Shown: positions 1 through 15,131, counted from the stretch's first letter. The stretch is 64,000 bases of DNA from Antedon mediterranea (GCF_964355755.1 NC_092676.1:18308871-18372870); one strand, 5' to 3'. Numbers and translations: made by a program. The notes: generated by a model from the letters alone, not told the origin.

Positions 1-3000
1 ATAAAACAAAGATAATTACATTGATATTGTTAATTTTTATAAAAATGTTTCAGGCAACCCCCTAAAATCCTATGTCCCGATCGTACATCTTCAATTTCAT
101 GATCGCCGTATATATTTGATAACAGGACTTTTGTTATCGAAAATATTGTAAAAAGTTAGTTAATCATGATTTCATGCGATTATATTCTTCGAAATACATC
201 TCTACATACATTAAATCTCAAACTTTAAAGTTTTTGTTTGGAAAAAGCTTGTCCCGCAGTTTTGTGTCATTTCCGTCACATAATTTAAATGTACCGTCTA
301 CAATTTAATGAACGGCGGGGAACATACGAAGATATTGAAAAAAAACTAGCCGCACATCATTTTCAATAAAAGAGGAAAAAAGCTAAAAAAAAACGAGGTT
401 TTAGAAAAATTTCAGTTGCGTACCTTTATTGAATGTCATATCCGAACGGTATAGAACTCATTAAATAATTATAATTTCTGGTTTTTTTCAACTGGAAGTA
501 CAAGTTATTCACGGTATCTAGAAGTATGCAATCCGTCTCCGCTGTCAGACATGCCTACGATGTGATCCTAGGCTGTCCAATGCTAAATACATCATCTCCG
601 TCACGGTCAGCTCCGTCACATTTCCCAATGTTTCGTTGTGACGGAGATGACGGCCCGTGACGGATATGACTTTTTGTTATTGCCAGGGCCTTTTTTGTTG
701 TACATTTTGTTTTGTATATCTTTATTATGTTATTACATTGTATATCCATGTGACTCTGGTCAATAAGCATAATCAAATCATATCTTAAAGTCATCTCCGT
801 CACATGATTTTTTAGGTTCGTCATATCCGTCACGGTTTCATCTCCGTCACATGGATATTTTATCCTTTTAAATCCTAAAATATTTAAGTAATGAACGCAA
901 TTATGTGGTATATTGAAATATAAACAATATTCTTCTACTATATCAATGGATAGTAATATTAGTTCAACAGAATTTTGTAAAACATCAGTGACAGTCATAC
1001 TATTTTCTGAAAATTATTATTTTTTGGAATAGTAAATGGTTTTGAACGTATAACATCATACTTATAAATGTTAAAACAATAATTTTTTGATTAATAGAGA
1101 CAAAAATAATATATAGTATCAAAGAATTAATAATGGAAATAATTTTATAATTCATAAACCGTTATTTTTTCTATCTTTGTATATTCCATAAATGTGACGG
1201 AAATGACAGTAACATAGAACCATGTATTTATAAATACGAATAAAATACGAAATATATAATAAAGATTGCGCCAAACATACGCTTGCCATGTAATACATGT
1301 TCATTTATCTGAATAAACTTTTAAAATTTTAAAAATGCAAATTTTAAAATCGATTTTTTATAAACCTGAAATTAGACACTTACTGAAGAATGACCCTTAT
1401 ATTTAATTTAATGTAATAGCTTGATCTAATAACAGGCGTAACAACACAGAATACATATTGTAGTTTAATACTGGCTTAAATATGTCTGTTTTATATAAAC
1501 TGTATTTTACAAAATTACAATAGAACTTCATTTTGCAATAGTACCTAATTTGGCGCCTTAGACGCCAAATTAAGTGCGGTACCTCATTTGGCAGTGGTAC
1601 CTCATTTGGCGTGACAGGCCCATTGTAGGCCTATTACAGGCAATTATTTAAAAACAGTGGACAAGAAAACTTCAAACTCAGACTATTTATCACCTAAAGC
1701 CTATGGATACCCTCTGATCCCCAACTTATCAATTTGATCTGTGTGTGGGATGTATCTCTTTGCCTACAAATTGCACTGGACTAAATCAAACAAGTATGCA
1801 TTTTATAATAATTGAATAAGGATGTTGATCAAATTTATTGCAACTAGGACGCACAAAGAATGTTACCACAGTGACAATGACGTTCGCTAGTCGCTTGTGA
1901 TTGGTTGAATTATTGGCGTTGCGCGTTAAAATGTGTGCTCATTTTCGGGAAAGTTTAGCTCAGTTGATTGCTGCTGGCGAATTTATTGTCGTTAGATAGA
2001 GTGGTGTGATACACTGATTGATTTTCCAATATGATTCGATAATTCACAAACAAAGCGAACCAAAATACTAAAAAATTAAACGGTATAAACAGCATCAACG
2101 CCAGTTAGATACCTCTCCTCCCTACACTGTGTCAGTGCACGACAGTGGTGAAAGGAGAAAAAATAATAAGCTTGTTGTGATGTGTGATCGATCTAGCCTG
2201 GCCCTAGCCTATAATATGATAGGCTTTGGGCCTAAACTAATTGGTTTAAATACTACATTTAGTTAAATAATGCAATACAAAAATTAAAAACCTGTGGTCA
2301 ATTTAACAGTTCATCTAAAACGAAACCAAATTAATATAAATATTTACGATTTTAGCTGGAAAGCATCCTCCTAAAACCTACACCACCACTACTAGCACTG
2401 CTGCATCATGAAGTTCTCGGGAAATTACACCGCACTGTACCACCACCGTGTGTGTACTCGACTCACAGAAAAAATTATAGTACGCTTCATTGATCATAAA
2501 ACGATTAATCTGATTGGATAACTGCCTGTTGAATATTTATAATTTCTGGTGAATGTTGATTTCATGGATTTCGTTGGTTTCATGGAAATACTATACAATA
2601 ATTTGATACCTTGTATTTCCTTGGAACAGACAAATGGATCACCCACCATAAAAACTTCCGCTTGACCATGATTTATGAGCCTATTTCTCAACAACTCTTC
2701 CCTGTCTCAAATTAAACAATCTACAGTATGTTGGCCTTTACAATTATAAAGTTTATAATTGTTTAGTTTATTGTTTAGAATAGTATATATATAGTGAAAA
2801 GATCTACAGCCCTTTTTGCGCCGCGCTATTAGTAAAAGCAGGTATATTCAAGAGGACAGAAGAATTATGAAGCTGAAGATATTACTAAAGGCTGACAGAA
2901 TTGGGAATTTGGAAACTCGGACGGATCATGCTCAACCCAACCCGTCTGGGAGAAGAGAGTCTATAAACATTTGCTGATAATTGTAGATGGTAATCTGTAG

Positions 3001-4572
3001 GATTTTAATTGTTCAATTGACAATAACTTTGTTTTAATTCACTGTAAAATATTCATTGAATAAATGGTACAAAATTGATTTTGGCTGTCAACCTATAGGC
3101 CTGTACGTTTTAATTGTTAAAACTAATTATTCAACTCAACTTAATTAGTAAACAGGGTTACATTAGGTGGTTAAAGTACCGAAAGTATGAACCAACTTTA
3201 TATTATACAATCGAGTACAAATTCAAGAAGTAACGCACGATTTACCAAAGCTCTTACGTAAATAATTTACGTAAGAGATTTAGGCTATATAAGCTAAATC
3301 AACTACAGAAGGAAAACTGAATTCAATCATAATCCCCTTCCTCAAAACAATCATGTATTTAAAAATGTTAAGTCAAAAAGTCGATCGGCGTATTTGTAAA
3401 AATATTTCTTGTCCAAAGTTAGCTTGGATGTGATCCTCCACAGTGTTCACGCCGCCGGTTTAAAAAACAGTGTTGTGTGTTTTTTTTTTGTGTAAAGGCC
3501 TATCCATTAGATTTTAGATTATAAAATCATTCACATACAAACTCAACCCATTCTGCCCCGGCGGACTGAGAACTTTATTTGGTGGAATAGAGACTTCACT
3601 GAGCAGAATATTTCCCCTTTCTACGGACAAAAAGGAGATTTGTCCATTATATAGGCTAACCGCAGTGACAGCAAGTTGAATGTCGGCTAAGTAAACCTTT
3701 CGGTCGATTGTCTGTTACGTAAACTCGTAGTTTTTTTTAAGTCAATAGAAAAACATATTGTGACCTATAGTCTATAGATGAGAAATGCGGTTGGTAGGCC
3801 TAAATAAGAGTTGTTCCCACGCACATTGTGTGGAGTCGAAAAGGTTAGTCATTAGGTGCGATCGTTGTCGAAATTGTTAATATAAAAAGAAATCATGGGC
3901 CTATTGTGAATGGGTAACGGGGAATTTCCCCCAATAACAAAAATAAATTCTACATTAGTCTATAATGTTGACCTACTTTACGGTAGAATGGATAAACTGG
4001 TATGCCATAGATAGAGGAAACTATTCATGCCGGACGGGGAATATCCGCACGATACATGATACGACCATGGAGTAACATATTAGTTTATTACTCCATGATG
4101 ACGGTGCATGGTGCATATTTCGGTAGGCCTACTATATATGTCTTCATAAAACATTCCAAGACATTTATTTAAAAACGCAAAATAGTGTAACGTACCCAGC
4201 ACTACCAATATAGGTTGTAATACTACAGTAGGCCTATAGGCCTATTTATTATTTTAGTTTCTAACAGCCTGTTAATGGATATGTCTGTTGGTGTGGAGAG
4301 TTTATAAGTTTCTTCGACACTAAAAAACAGAGTACCACCTCTTTGTATTATGTAGTTATCGACATCGTCAATAAAACAAATTGTTAACGGTAAATGAGCG
4401 TAGTGACTGTACATAATTAGGCCCACATTAAAACTCTCTAATCGCGCACAATGACAGATAGGTAGCCTATTTAGATTGCAACACTTCAAATAAATAAAAT
4501 CATCAATATAAACGGGAAGATGCGTTTTTTTGTCAAATAAAAGCATATTCATAAATAACGAATAAATAATTC

Positions 4573-4888
4573 GGCCATTAGTGCATGAATTCTGTTTTAC
4601 TGGCTGTCCGATTTCAGAATAACCTGATGATGTCGTAAGATCGGATCGGAAGCAGTCGATTTAGGAGACAATTGTTAAAAGCCATTAAATGCTAATTTAC
4701 AGTTATTTAAAACTTAGATCTTTCATATATTTGATGATATATGGATGCGTTTTGTGTCTATTAGAAACATATTCAAATTCCAATAAATCAGGAGGCCATT
4801 AGTGCATGAATTCTGTTTTGCTGCTGGGTGTCCAATTTAACAATAACATGATGATGACGTAAGATCGGATCGGAAGCAGTAGATTTAT
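4573..4888. repeat. Direct repeat of about 90 bp, 2 copies
   Basis: GGCCATTAGTGCATGAATTCTGTTTT...GTAAGATCGGATCGGAAGCAGT.GATTTA at 4573 and 4794. Confidence 0.8.
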
Positions 4889-6603
4889 GAGGAACTTAAG
4901 GGCGGGAAAAGGTAGGTTAAATATCATATTAAATGGTAATTTAAAGTTTGAAAAATCTTTTATATATTTTATGAGATATTAATTGAAAATATAACGATGA
5001 AACCAACATCTGTTCTATATTTATTTAATGTACTTAATGTTGTCATAGCCATAACAAACCATCCCCATTAGTTTTCGTATACAAATAAGTTCCCCTCAGT
5101 TAAACATAAAAATGAAGTTAGGCTACATTTAATAAAAAATCAAGTAAAAGACGTTGACGTAATTTTGAAAATGCATCTCAACAAACATTTATATTAGACT
5201 GCACTGAAGTTATAGAAAATTTAAATTGCAATCATTCATACACATTATACATATGACAAACATACTATGAAAGCTGAAATAAATCTCCATATTTTCTATG
5301 AGATTTCAGCGAGGACGGACAAGTCTCTTATGTTAGTTCAATTTTTTTAAACTGAAAACGCAAGTATTTAACGTATGAAGCGCCATATGTGCCAAATATT
5401 TCATTCTTTTGCTAATATTAATTCGAACAACGGTCTAAAACCTAGAATATTTGATTTCATCAGAAAAGGTATATAGTCACCTAAACAATAATTATGTCAT
5501 AAAAAAACTTAATACATAATCATAAATACTGTATATTATTTCTTTAAATTAAGATTGGAATTGTGAAGAGCAAAAAGGGCTTGTTTGATTTCAGCTAATT
5601 TGATTATGTTAAAAGTTAAATCTTTATGTAGCGGCACAAACAAAACAATATTTAATTCATAAAACTAATTCATAATCATAAATATATAATTTCTTTATAA
5701 TGAGCTTGGAATGTTATTAATACGGAAAAAACTATTACTACACTACTATAATACTATAAACACAAACATATTGTAAACATGATGTATTAATTTGTACAAA
5801 GTAGAGTATAACTTTAGAAAAATTCATGATACAATAATTTGACTGTATACCAGAAAGTTATACCTAATAAATACTCTATCATAAGTAAATACATTTACCA
5901 TATTTAATTGCACCATATTTATTGTTTTAAAATATTTTGAATAAATAAGTATCTAATGCTTAGTATAAATCACAAATGGAAACAGAAATATTTACATACA
6001 CTGAAATAAACAGAAATGATTTAATGTTTATTTATTTGTTTAATAAAAATAATTGTGGAAATTTAAAAAGTAACAAAAACAATTTAAAGCAAATATATAT
6101 TATATTATAATATATTCATTGAAATATATATATGTTTGAGAATTACAATGTATTTAGGTTATAATTGATGAAAATTATAATAATTTATAATACTTTAAAA
6201 GAAAAAAATGTTTTAAAGAAAATCAGCTGCTTTTGTGGAAATGTTTCAATTTTATATAAAATGAATAAAAACAAAAATAAGGATTTACTGCAGAATTTAT
6301 TTTCAAGCATGCTATTAATTACAGCAGCAACTTGCCAAATGTGCATTCAGATATACATTATTGCTTTCATGGGTAAACTTACAGTACTTGATAAAAAAAA
6401 AACCTCAGCCCCAATTATGAATACATTTTTCTTTATATCATACAGCAAGTTGGCTTCTCTGCTTCTCTCTCTTTCCTGTTAAAATTACACACATCCATGG
6501 TTCTTGATTAAAATTGAACAAATGTTTTTAGAGTTCCATTTCAGAGTTCGAGTTCAGTTTGACATGATTGTATGTTACAATGATTTACAGAATTATATAC
6601 AAA

Positions 6604-9600
6604 TTATCCAAACAAATCAGCCAAGTCATTAGCTGCAGAAGAGGATGAGGTTGATTTTTGGTTTGCTTGTGATGTTGTCATTCCACTAGTACTTATCGTG
6701 TTTTTCTGTGATTGCAAATTGATTTGATTAAATGAATTGTTAATTGTTCCTGGTTGATTACTTGACATACCTAATCCTGTATTTGACATCATTCCTTGGT
6801 TTCTCATCATCATTCCTTGGTTCCCCATCATTCCCTGGTTTCCCATCATTCCTTGGTTTCCCATCATTCCTTGGCTTCCCATCATTCCTTGGTTTCCCAT
6901 CATTCCTTGGTTTCCCATCATTCCTTGACTTCCCATCATTCCTTGACTTCCCATCATTCCTTGGTTTCCCATCATTCCTTGGCTTCCCATCATTCCTTGA
7001 CTTCCCATCATTCCTTGATTTCCCATCATTCCTTGACTTCCCATCATTCCTTGACTGCCATTTATCCTATTGTTTATTATACTTGTCTGTTGCCCAATGC
7101 CACTTCCTGTTGACTTTTGACCCACTTGATTCATGGGAATTCTTTGATTACTCTGTTTACTTGGCAATAAAGAATCAAATGCTGATAAATCTACTTTATT
7201 TTGCGATGGTTTAGACGAAGCTGATGTGGAAGTAAAATTCATAGAACTGCTGTTTACATTACTTTTAGAATAGGTTCCCATAGAATTGTTAGAACTAAAA
7301 TATGTTTGTGATGATCCTAGGCCAGCAGTGTTTGGTTTTGATGAAAGGCTTGTTAGGTTTTTGTCCATCAAGGTATGTGTAAGGTTTTTAGGTTGGGCTT
7401 TAGATGTTGTTACAGCCATTGATGGTGATAACTTTTCTTGCTGTTTGTATCGCTGATGCTGTTCTTGTTTTTTTTGCAATTTCTGTTTTTCTTCCAACGT
7501 TAAAGAAACAGAAGATGATTTTGGCGGACTCTTTTTTTGTGGCACAGCAGTTTGAACAGATTCTGGTACACTCTCTTCTCGTGTATCCTCATTGGCTGCA
7601 TCAAATCTTTTTGACGACGATCCTAGGAAACTTGCAAGCCCAAAACTTTTGAACATTGTATCCATCTAAAAAAAATTAATAGAACTTTCACTCACAAGAA
7701 ACATCTACCTCCTTGTCACAAAGTGAGAGCAACCAGGTATAAATGTGTTAAATATTCAAACATTTGGCTGCAACCAACATAGGTCACAGAACAGGGTTTT
7801 ATAATATACAAGATAATAATTATAATGAATGTTTATGAGGGAATGTTTCATTTAACATACCAAATGGATGTCAAGTGATGTGTAATTACAAGACAACCAT
7901 GTGTGTTATAAAATGTAATAATAAATATATTTTATCTCTTCTTCACTTACAACGCCATCTGATGCTTCAGGAGGTGCTCTCACGGCAGAGTTATCCTGCG
8001 TTTCTCGTGTAAACTTCAAAGTATTTCTTTTAAAAAATAAAATTATGAAATATGAAAGTCACAGGCAAGTTGGAACAAATAGAATACTGTACTGAACAGC
8101 ATATTTTATTTTATTTTTATTCAATTTCTGGCATATACAATACATAGAAAAAACAAAACAAATATAAAAGATATTTGTAAGTGATAGAGAATAACCAATC
8201 AAATGGCAAGGATATACGATACAGGTGTGTTATAAGGATGTATATACAAACCTTTGTTCTGCTTGCATGGACGCTAGTTGTTCTAGTTTACCTCTGTGGT
8301 CTGCTTCTATTCTAGATATGAGCTCATTGATCACTAAAATAAAGGCATTGAACTGAAAGAGAATATAAATAAATGACATTTTGGGATACTTCTAATTAAA
8401 TTGATTTTAGCAGCTACAGCCAGTTGAGGATATCACTGTACAACAGAATAGGTTTTGGTTTATGTGGGTTTAGTGCCGGTGATACAATACAATTTAACAA
8501 CTAATGACACCTGAAATCCACACCTGTATATACATATTTCAATAGGTCTTCCATGATATGGTTCCACATAATGAAATGAGTACTCTATCAAACATAATAT
8601 AAAATGTATTTTTCTGTTTGTACATTTGTTGCTATGGATAAAATTTTCAAAAATAAAAGAAATTGAAAAGCCAGGGTATTTCCAAATCAAGCAGACTACT
8701 CAGATTTGTTTCTAAGTTTCAAAGTAACTTTTCACTCACATGGATTGAACAATTTTCAGGTATTTACTTGTTGGGCGGTTTATTATAGTTTCTGACTATC
8801 CCTTTATAATTTACAAACACATATTACTGTATAATTGAAACAACTATACAAAAATAATTGAGAAATGTCAAACCAACTGATTCTCAATTGGGTGACTTTT
8901 CACTATCACAGATTGAACAATTCAAATGACACTGAAATTTCAATATTTCATTGTGAACTTCATGTGTTTACCTGTTCTAGATTGAGACCATTGTCAATGC
9001 ATTGTGGAATCAAGAATGGCAGTACTTTGGTTGCAATAACTTCCTTGGTCATTCCAAGCTTTTTATGTTCCATTGTGGTTTTTATTATGCCTAAAATTAA
9101 CAAAAAATTAATAAAACATAATTGTGTTTTACAATCAATCTTTCAATTAATATTTATAGTTAGACATCTACAGAACATCTCCGTGCATTCAGACGGACTT
9201 GTACAACACATCATAATTTTAATATTACAAAAATGGCAGATAATTATGGTGAGTAGGAAAACAAATGAATCTGGATTAAAATGTCTACATGTGTTTCATT
9301 ACAATCCATCACATAGATTTAAAAGCCTTTATGGCACAACATTATTGTGCATTAATTGATAACAATTGCTTGATAACAAATATAACAGATGTTCAACTTA
9401 CCTAGTGTACCCATTAATACTGCTGGTTCTTTAGATGGTATGGACATTACTAATGGTATAACTTCATCCAGTACATACCACCTGTCCATATGCATTAACA
9501 TCTTTCCTGTGCATAACAGACAGTGGACACGTATCTAGAGAAAAGAAACAGAATATTACATCTCTTTGTTCTAATGAAGATAGGCTTCTAATAGAAACAC

Positions 9601-12600
9601 TTTTAGGTTTTTTGACAAGTGACAAATGTAGTGCTTTATGATAGGTAAACCACACTATCAAACCCTCCTTCTTAATGCACTATGTTGATGGATAAAGGTG
9701 AAGAAATATCAATGTTTCTTACTGCTAAACTCTCTGTATGTAGACATAATTGCTTTATCCTAGGCATTATTGCATTTTTCATTGATGAGTATTCAATCAT
9801 TCCAGCAAACGTTGGTAAGATATTCAAGCACAACTCCTAAAAATGTAAAACATTTATAATATCAAAATGACTCAAGGCTCTATGTATTGTATGACAATAT
9901 ATAAAAGTTATTATATCATCCTATTCCCTTCCTTTGCAACACCCCTATAGTATTACTGGTACTGGTACTGGTTCAAATAACCGTCTCACAGAGACATCTG
10001 ATAGCCATTGACTTGAAGTTGGCATTTGGATGTGTTACTTTTAAATGTAGGCCTACAGTATGAGAGTGACTACTACCAAATTACACAGTCACAAAACAAC
10101 TTATAAAACAGTTCATATATACAGTTAAAACATTGCTGGGAATTATAAATTTCTGTTGAAGCAGGCTCTAATGAAGTTGCATCTAGTAAGTTGACTTTGT
10201 TGTACAACTCTATCAAGTACTGATGGTATCTTCCGACCTCTTCGTTTACTTTGTGTTGTGTGAAAAGTAAGAATTTTTGTAGGATCTTCATTTTCTTTTC
10301 TAATTACATGTCCGATCCAGTTGAATTGTTGCTTGTAGACATATTCTTCTAGCGGTTGACAGCCAGTAATTTTGTAGAGATCGTCATTATCAATTACGTA
10401 ACGCCAGTCTATATAGTTTTCATCTGTTTCTTCATCTGAGGATATGTCTACATGGTTTGGTGGGCAGACTCTTTGAAAGCCATTCACTAGCATTCTTCTT
10501 AGGAAGGTTTTGTATGTTGTGCTAAGTTTGGACATTTCACTTCCTGTTGCCCTCCAAGCATGGCAACCATAGGTGAGTCTACTCCTAACTAGACCATTAA
10601 GAAACATCATTCTTGTTTTAAGGGGGCAATTTTAGTTTTTAGGTTAGTGTCCCCTGAATAGCTGTAGTCCTATTTAGGGAAAAATTGTTTGGGTTCAAAA
10701 GGTGTTCCTGTTATTAAGGGGGTTCTACAATAATTTGGTTTTGATTGTGATACCTGGATTTGTGGCGAATGCGCTTCAAGTGCTCTGTATAACATGGGTA
10801 ATACATGGTTCTTAACATCAGCTTGTGGTGTCTTGCTCAACAGAAGGTCCATCCTCTGCATAAATATCAACAAAATCTGAAAGGAAATGTAAATAATATT
10901 AAAAAGCTTGATTTTTTCTTTGCATAAATATCAACAAAATCTGAAAGGAAATGTAAATAATATTAAAAAGCATTTTTTCTTGTTCAATATTTGCTCAATT
11001 TGCTCAAATAACGCTTATTATACTGTTTGTTAGGTGAAACAAGAGGATATTTCATTTCCATACAATAGAGTCACATTTTTTTGGCTCTCATGATAAATTT
11101 TAAATAGTAGGCAAAATTACAGTTTTAGTAGTTTTCCATTTTTCATGAAATTTTATATCAGAAGAACATCGATCAATTAGTACATTTACAGTACATTTTT
11201 ATAGTGATATTTTATTCGTAAAATGTCCACCACAGGTATATTTTATTTGGCATAAAAATTGTTTCCTTTTACCTGAACTGGTTCTTGAATTTTAAATATT
11301 GGTATTAATTCTGGTAGAATTAATTTCTTGTACTCTGCTTCTGTGCACCCATCAGCTATTAATAAAATGTTTGGCAAGACAAATGGAATCATATCTGGGT
11401 TAAAGCACTCTTTGAAAAGACAGGACAGCACTCTTTGGTGTATAACCCTCTAGAACAGAACAAATATATGGAAATATTGAAAAAAAGAAACCAAAAGAAA
11501 ACATTTGTATATCAACACCACTTAGTATAACCCTTTGGGAAAAGCCCATTAAGGGGACACCTATAATATTAAAGAGGACATATTCCTGTAACACAAAGGA
11601 AAATATATGCTTTAATAATCCAACCTATCCCTATTCAGGGAACACCCCTATTAAAAAGGCACTTTCATGTGAAACAAACTACTGTAGAGGAAATATGTTT
11701 TAAGATTATGGTGAACTTCTATTTAGGTGGGGTGGGGGGGGGGGGGGGGAACCCACATTAATGGAATACTTTGTTGGGTCATGAAGGTGGTGGAACCCTT
11801 AATAGGGATTGTACTGTATAAAAGAAATTTACCTTTGGGAGCTTTGACAAAACCTTTGGAAGTCCTTTGAAGAACTGTGACTTTTGAAGATTATCACGTT
11901 GATACAAAGAGTCTAAATATTGAAGGGTCATTGCACCAACATCATCAAAATATGGAATCTATCAACCAATAAACAAATACAACATAAAGAAAAAACAAAC
12001 ACCACCAAGATGTAACTTAAATAGACTATTTCATTATCATTGTATATACTGTATATATTTTAATATTAATATCATATAGATTTATATAGCACGTTTGAAA
12101 GTGACAAATTGCTTATCGAAAATGCTTCTGGAATATCCCTTACAGTTACAATACAAGGTTTGATCCTTTAAAAAACTGTAGAAATTATTATTAATTAGCA
12201 TTATACAATATTTGTTCGTTAAGGTTACAATTACATATTTTGCTGCATTGGTAATTATTAAACTTGACCATAAGTTTGAACATTAATAGATTAATTAGAA
12301 ATTCACCTTGGTCATTTGGTCAGCATCTGGACGAACGGTAGATGTCATACTTAGTAGCATCTTTACATATTCCTTTAAACCATCTGGAAGTTTACTTAAT
12401 TTGGCCATATTTAGATTACGTATTACCTGTAAAAGAAATAAAGATTTTACATAGATATACAGAGCTGTAAGAGAGACTTATTGCCTTTGCGACCTTTAGT
12501 AATGTTAAGAAACTGTGAGTGAGTTTCGGTTGTATTGCAATTGGAAAATCACCAGTTAAATATGGTTTATATGTTGCTGTATTCCCCAATCACACTTAAG

Positions 12601-15131
12601 TGAGATATTTCCTTTAAATATTAAAAGTATTTCACTTAACTCAATAAATATTTAAGTATTGCCTTTAAATTGTATTTTTTGTTTCCCTTAGCCTAAGTGT
12701 GAATGGTGAATATGGCCCCTACAGGCCAACTGTATTTCTTAGAAAAATAGATATTGTTGGCAACACTCTTAGAGTTATTATAGAGTTGCACAATTGTAGT
12801 TGTTGTTAAGTGTGAATAGTTTGTAACAGAGTGGACTGCAATACATTTGGCTTTATTGAAGGGAATAGAAAACGTCTGAAATTTATTTTATGTCTTTAGG
12901 CACATGCAGTCAAGGATTTAACCAATAGTAAATTAATCGCTGTCCTATCAGATAGGTGGTAATCCCTCTGTATTTTACTATTTTCACTATAGTAGAAATA
13001 ATGCCTCCTACCTCATTAACTTTTGTTTTGAACAATCTCACATCATTGTTACATGTGTAAAGCATTTTTCCAGAATTCAGCAATGTATACGTAAGCATTC
13101 CCAATGAAAACAGGTCGCTAGACGTATCACATGACATAGTCATGATATATTCCGGAGCCAAGTAGTTCAGGTTTGGTTGTGCATGTGGAGTCATCTCACT
13201 ACTCCATTCTCTATGGCTAAAAGTTGGCTAGAAAATGTAGTACTTTTCATTTAATAAATTTCTTGAAATTTTGGCTACAACACGTTTAAAACACTGGTTT
13301 TTGTTCAATAAATAAGACTCTTGAAATTAATTTATTTAGTAACTAATTAAAAATATAATTGCCTTGTATATATATGCTTTTGAACATCGAATTAAGGGAA
13401 ACTATGCTAAATAGGCCTATATAAATATATATTATAATTTGATATGTTTCATTGTGCAATTGGGACTGGACAGTTTTAGGTGTTTACCACTTCTTTGTCC
13501 TATCCTTCACTAAGTGTGTGTTCTGGCTATTTTTTTCTGTATGTACATTTTAGTGAGAAGTTGAATAAATAAAATTAATTGATTAATTTCATGCTACTGT
13601 TGATTCTGAACTTTTACTGTGAACTGTATACCTAGTGGTTATGGCCAAGCATTTTAGCAGGATATTTCAAATTATAACACTGCAAATGTTTAGAAAATCC
13701 TTTATGTCATTAACTGAACAACTTTGTATGAGTGTATAGGTACCTCTTGGTCCTGTGGACTAGATGATGATATGCAAAAGTCAAAGCCTGCTAGTTTCCA
13801 AGCACCATTTGAATTCAGCATAACACTCTCTGGACAGACATTCCCATGAACCATTTTCACATCATTATGCAAAAATGCAAGAGCTTCCGTCACCTAGATA
13901 AAAATAAAGCAATCATTTTGAAATTATAAAAATTAAAAAAGAAAACAAGATTGATTTCCATTAATGCTTAAATTAGGTATTCTTCTGAAAGCAACACAGC
14001 ACAACATCCCATCTGAAGGATAGGTTAAAGCTTCTTGCACAAACGTACAAAAGAAGGAAGTGACGTGGCATGTATCAAATGTAATGCCTTCTCACACACA
14101 AATATTGAAATTGTTGATCGTGCTAACTTAGAATCAGAATATATTACTGTATTGATTATGTGGTTAGTATTATTGAATTGGTAGTAATTAGACTTATATA
14201 GACACAACACAAAACCAGAGTAAAATGGCCTGAAAAGCATCATGTCAGAAGACAAGATGCGTAACTGATGATGATGAAAAAATCAGCAGATTCTTTACCT
14301 GAAGCAAACCATACTTGACTTCCACATCAAAAAGTTCATGACCTTTGTATTCAGGTGGTGGTGGAGATGGCATGTTCTCAGAGCTACCCAATAGGTTTAC
14401 AAGACTTGCAAATACTGGCTCAGTTGCAAACGCAAGGCTATCTCTGAAAACATTAACATTTTACTTTTAGGGGTAAAGTTGTAATGCTACAGTCTATCTT
14501 CTCTTCATAAGATGCTATGTACAATTCATAAGATGCTATGTACAATTCATAAAGTTGCCTAAAAAAATTGGCCTACAGTCATTGCAATACAGATATGATA
14601 TATTGTCATTTAAACATCAAGAATACAATAAATAATATTTTATATAAAATATTTAACTAAAGTACATTGTCTGTCCTGTATGACAAATCAAATGGTTATC
14701 TACTCGTTAATCAATTTTCATACTAACCGAGATTCTTCCAGTGGATGCTGAACCGTAAGTATACGTGGATGGCGTAAACGAGTAAGACGAGTGACTCCTT
14801 GTCGTAACACTTGTAAAACAACATCACGGTCTTTACGTATGAACTGTTCCAGTAGGCGTTTTTCAAATACAAATACTGCTACTTCCTGTTTAAATAAATG
14901 TTGAGAAATGTCAATATGCTGTAAAATGCCACCTGATTTACATTATTGGCATGTTTGACTATGCCAGTGGTCACTTCCTACCTGTTTCGTAGATCTTTTG
15001 TATGCATGATACACTTTCCACAGACATCCTGGTCCCGCACTCCCGATGTGCCGTGCAATATCAAACTCTCGATTTATAGGATTTCCAATAAGGCCTCCGA
15101 CAGTACTCTTCAATTTGTTAAACATATCCAT
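6604..15131 (-). CDS. SCYL2: SCY1-like protein 2 (CVAK104) pseudokinase, 15 coding exons, about 989 aa
   Basis: Exons in transcript order: 15131-14982, 14885-14728, 14443-14299, 13893-13744, 13227-13012, 12426-12307, 11958-11833, 11449-11273, 10876-10754, 9836-9723, 9534-9402, 9090-8972, 8352-8252, 8026-7951, 7665-6604. All introns GT-AG, total 2970 nt in frame. Motifs: GNPINREFDIARHIGSAGPG, LTRLRHPRILTVQHPLEESRDSLAFATEPVFASL, HGNVCPES, WKLAGFDF, PNLNYLAPEY, HEAT-repeat region, C-terminal DLADLFG typical of SCYL2. Confidence 0.93.
6788..7059 (-). repeat. Coding 18 bp minisatellite, about 15 copies of G(S/N)QGMM in the SCYL2 last exon
   Basis: Tandem CATCATTCCTTG(G/A)(T/C)TTCC on the plus strand; the translation is in the ORF track. 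Confidence 0.95.
9952..10625 (-). mobile_element. 5'-truncated non-LTR retrotransposon fragment in SCYL2 intron 9
   Basis: ORF 10610-10143 resembles the region C-terminal to LINE reverse transcriptase (LVRSRLTYGCHAW ... FLRRML ... WIGHVIR). It is followed by a 3' UTR and a (CCAGTA)n tail at about 9952-9972. Confidence 0.8.

Noticed and set aside
555-998. 147 aa minus-strand ORF
   Set aside because: No recognisable domain; it overlaps repeated TCCGTCAC motifs of a probable TE.
6744-7214. Plus-strand ORFs (FPSFLG and SHHSL repeats)
   Set aside because: Antisense shadows of the SCYL2 coding minisatellite.
11726-11749. G-run with G-quadruplex potential in a SCYL2 intron
   Set aside because: A simple homopolymer with no other evidence of function.
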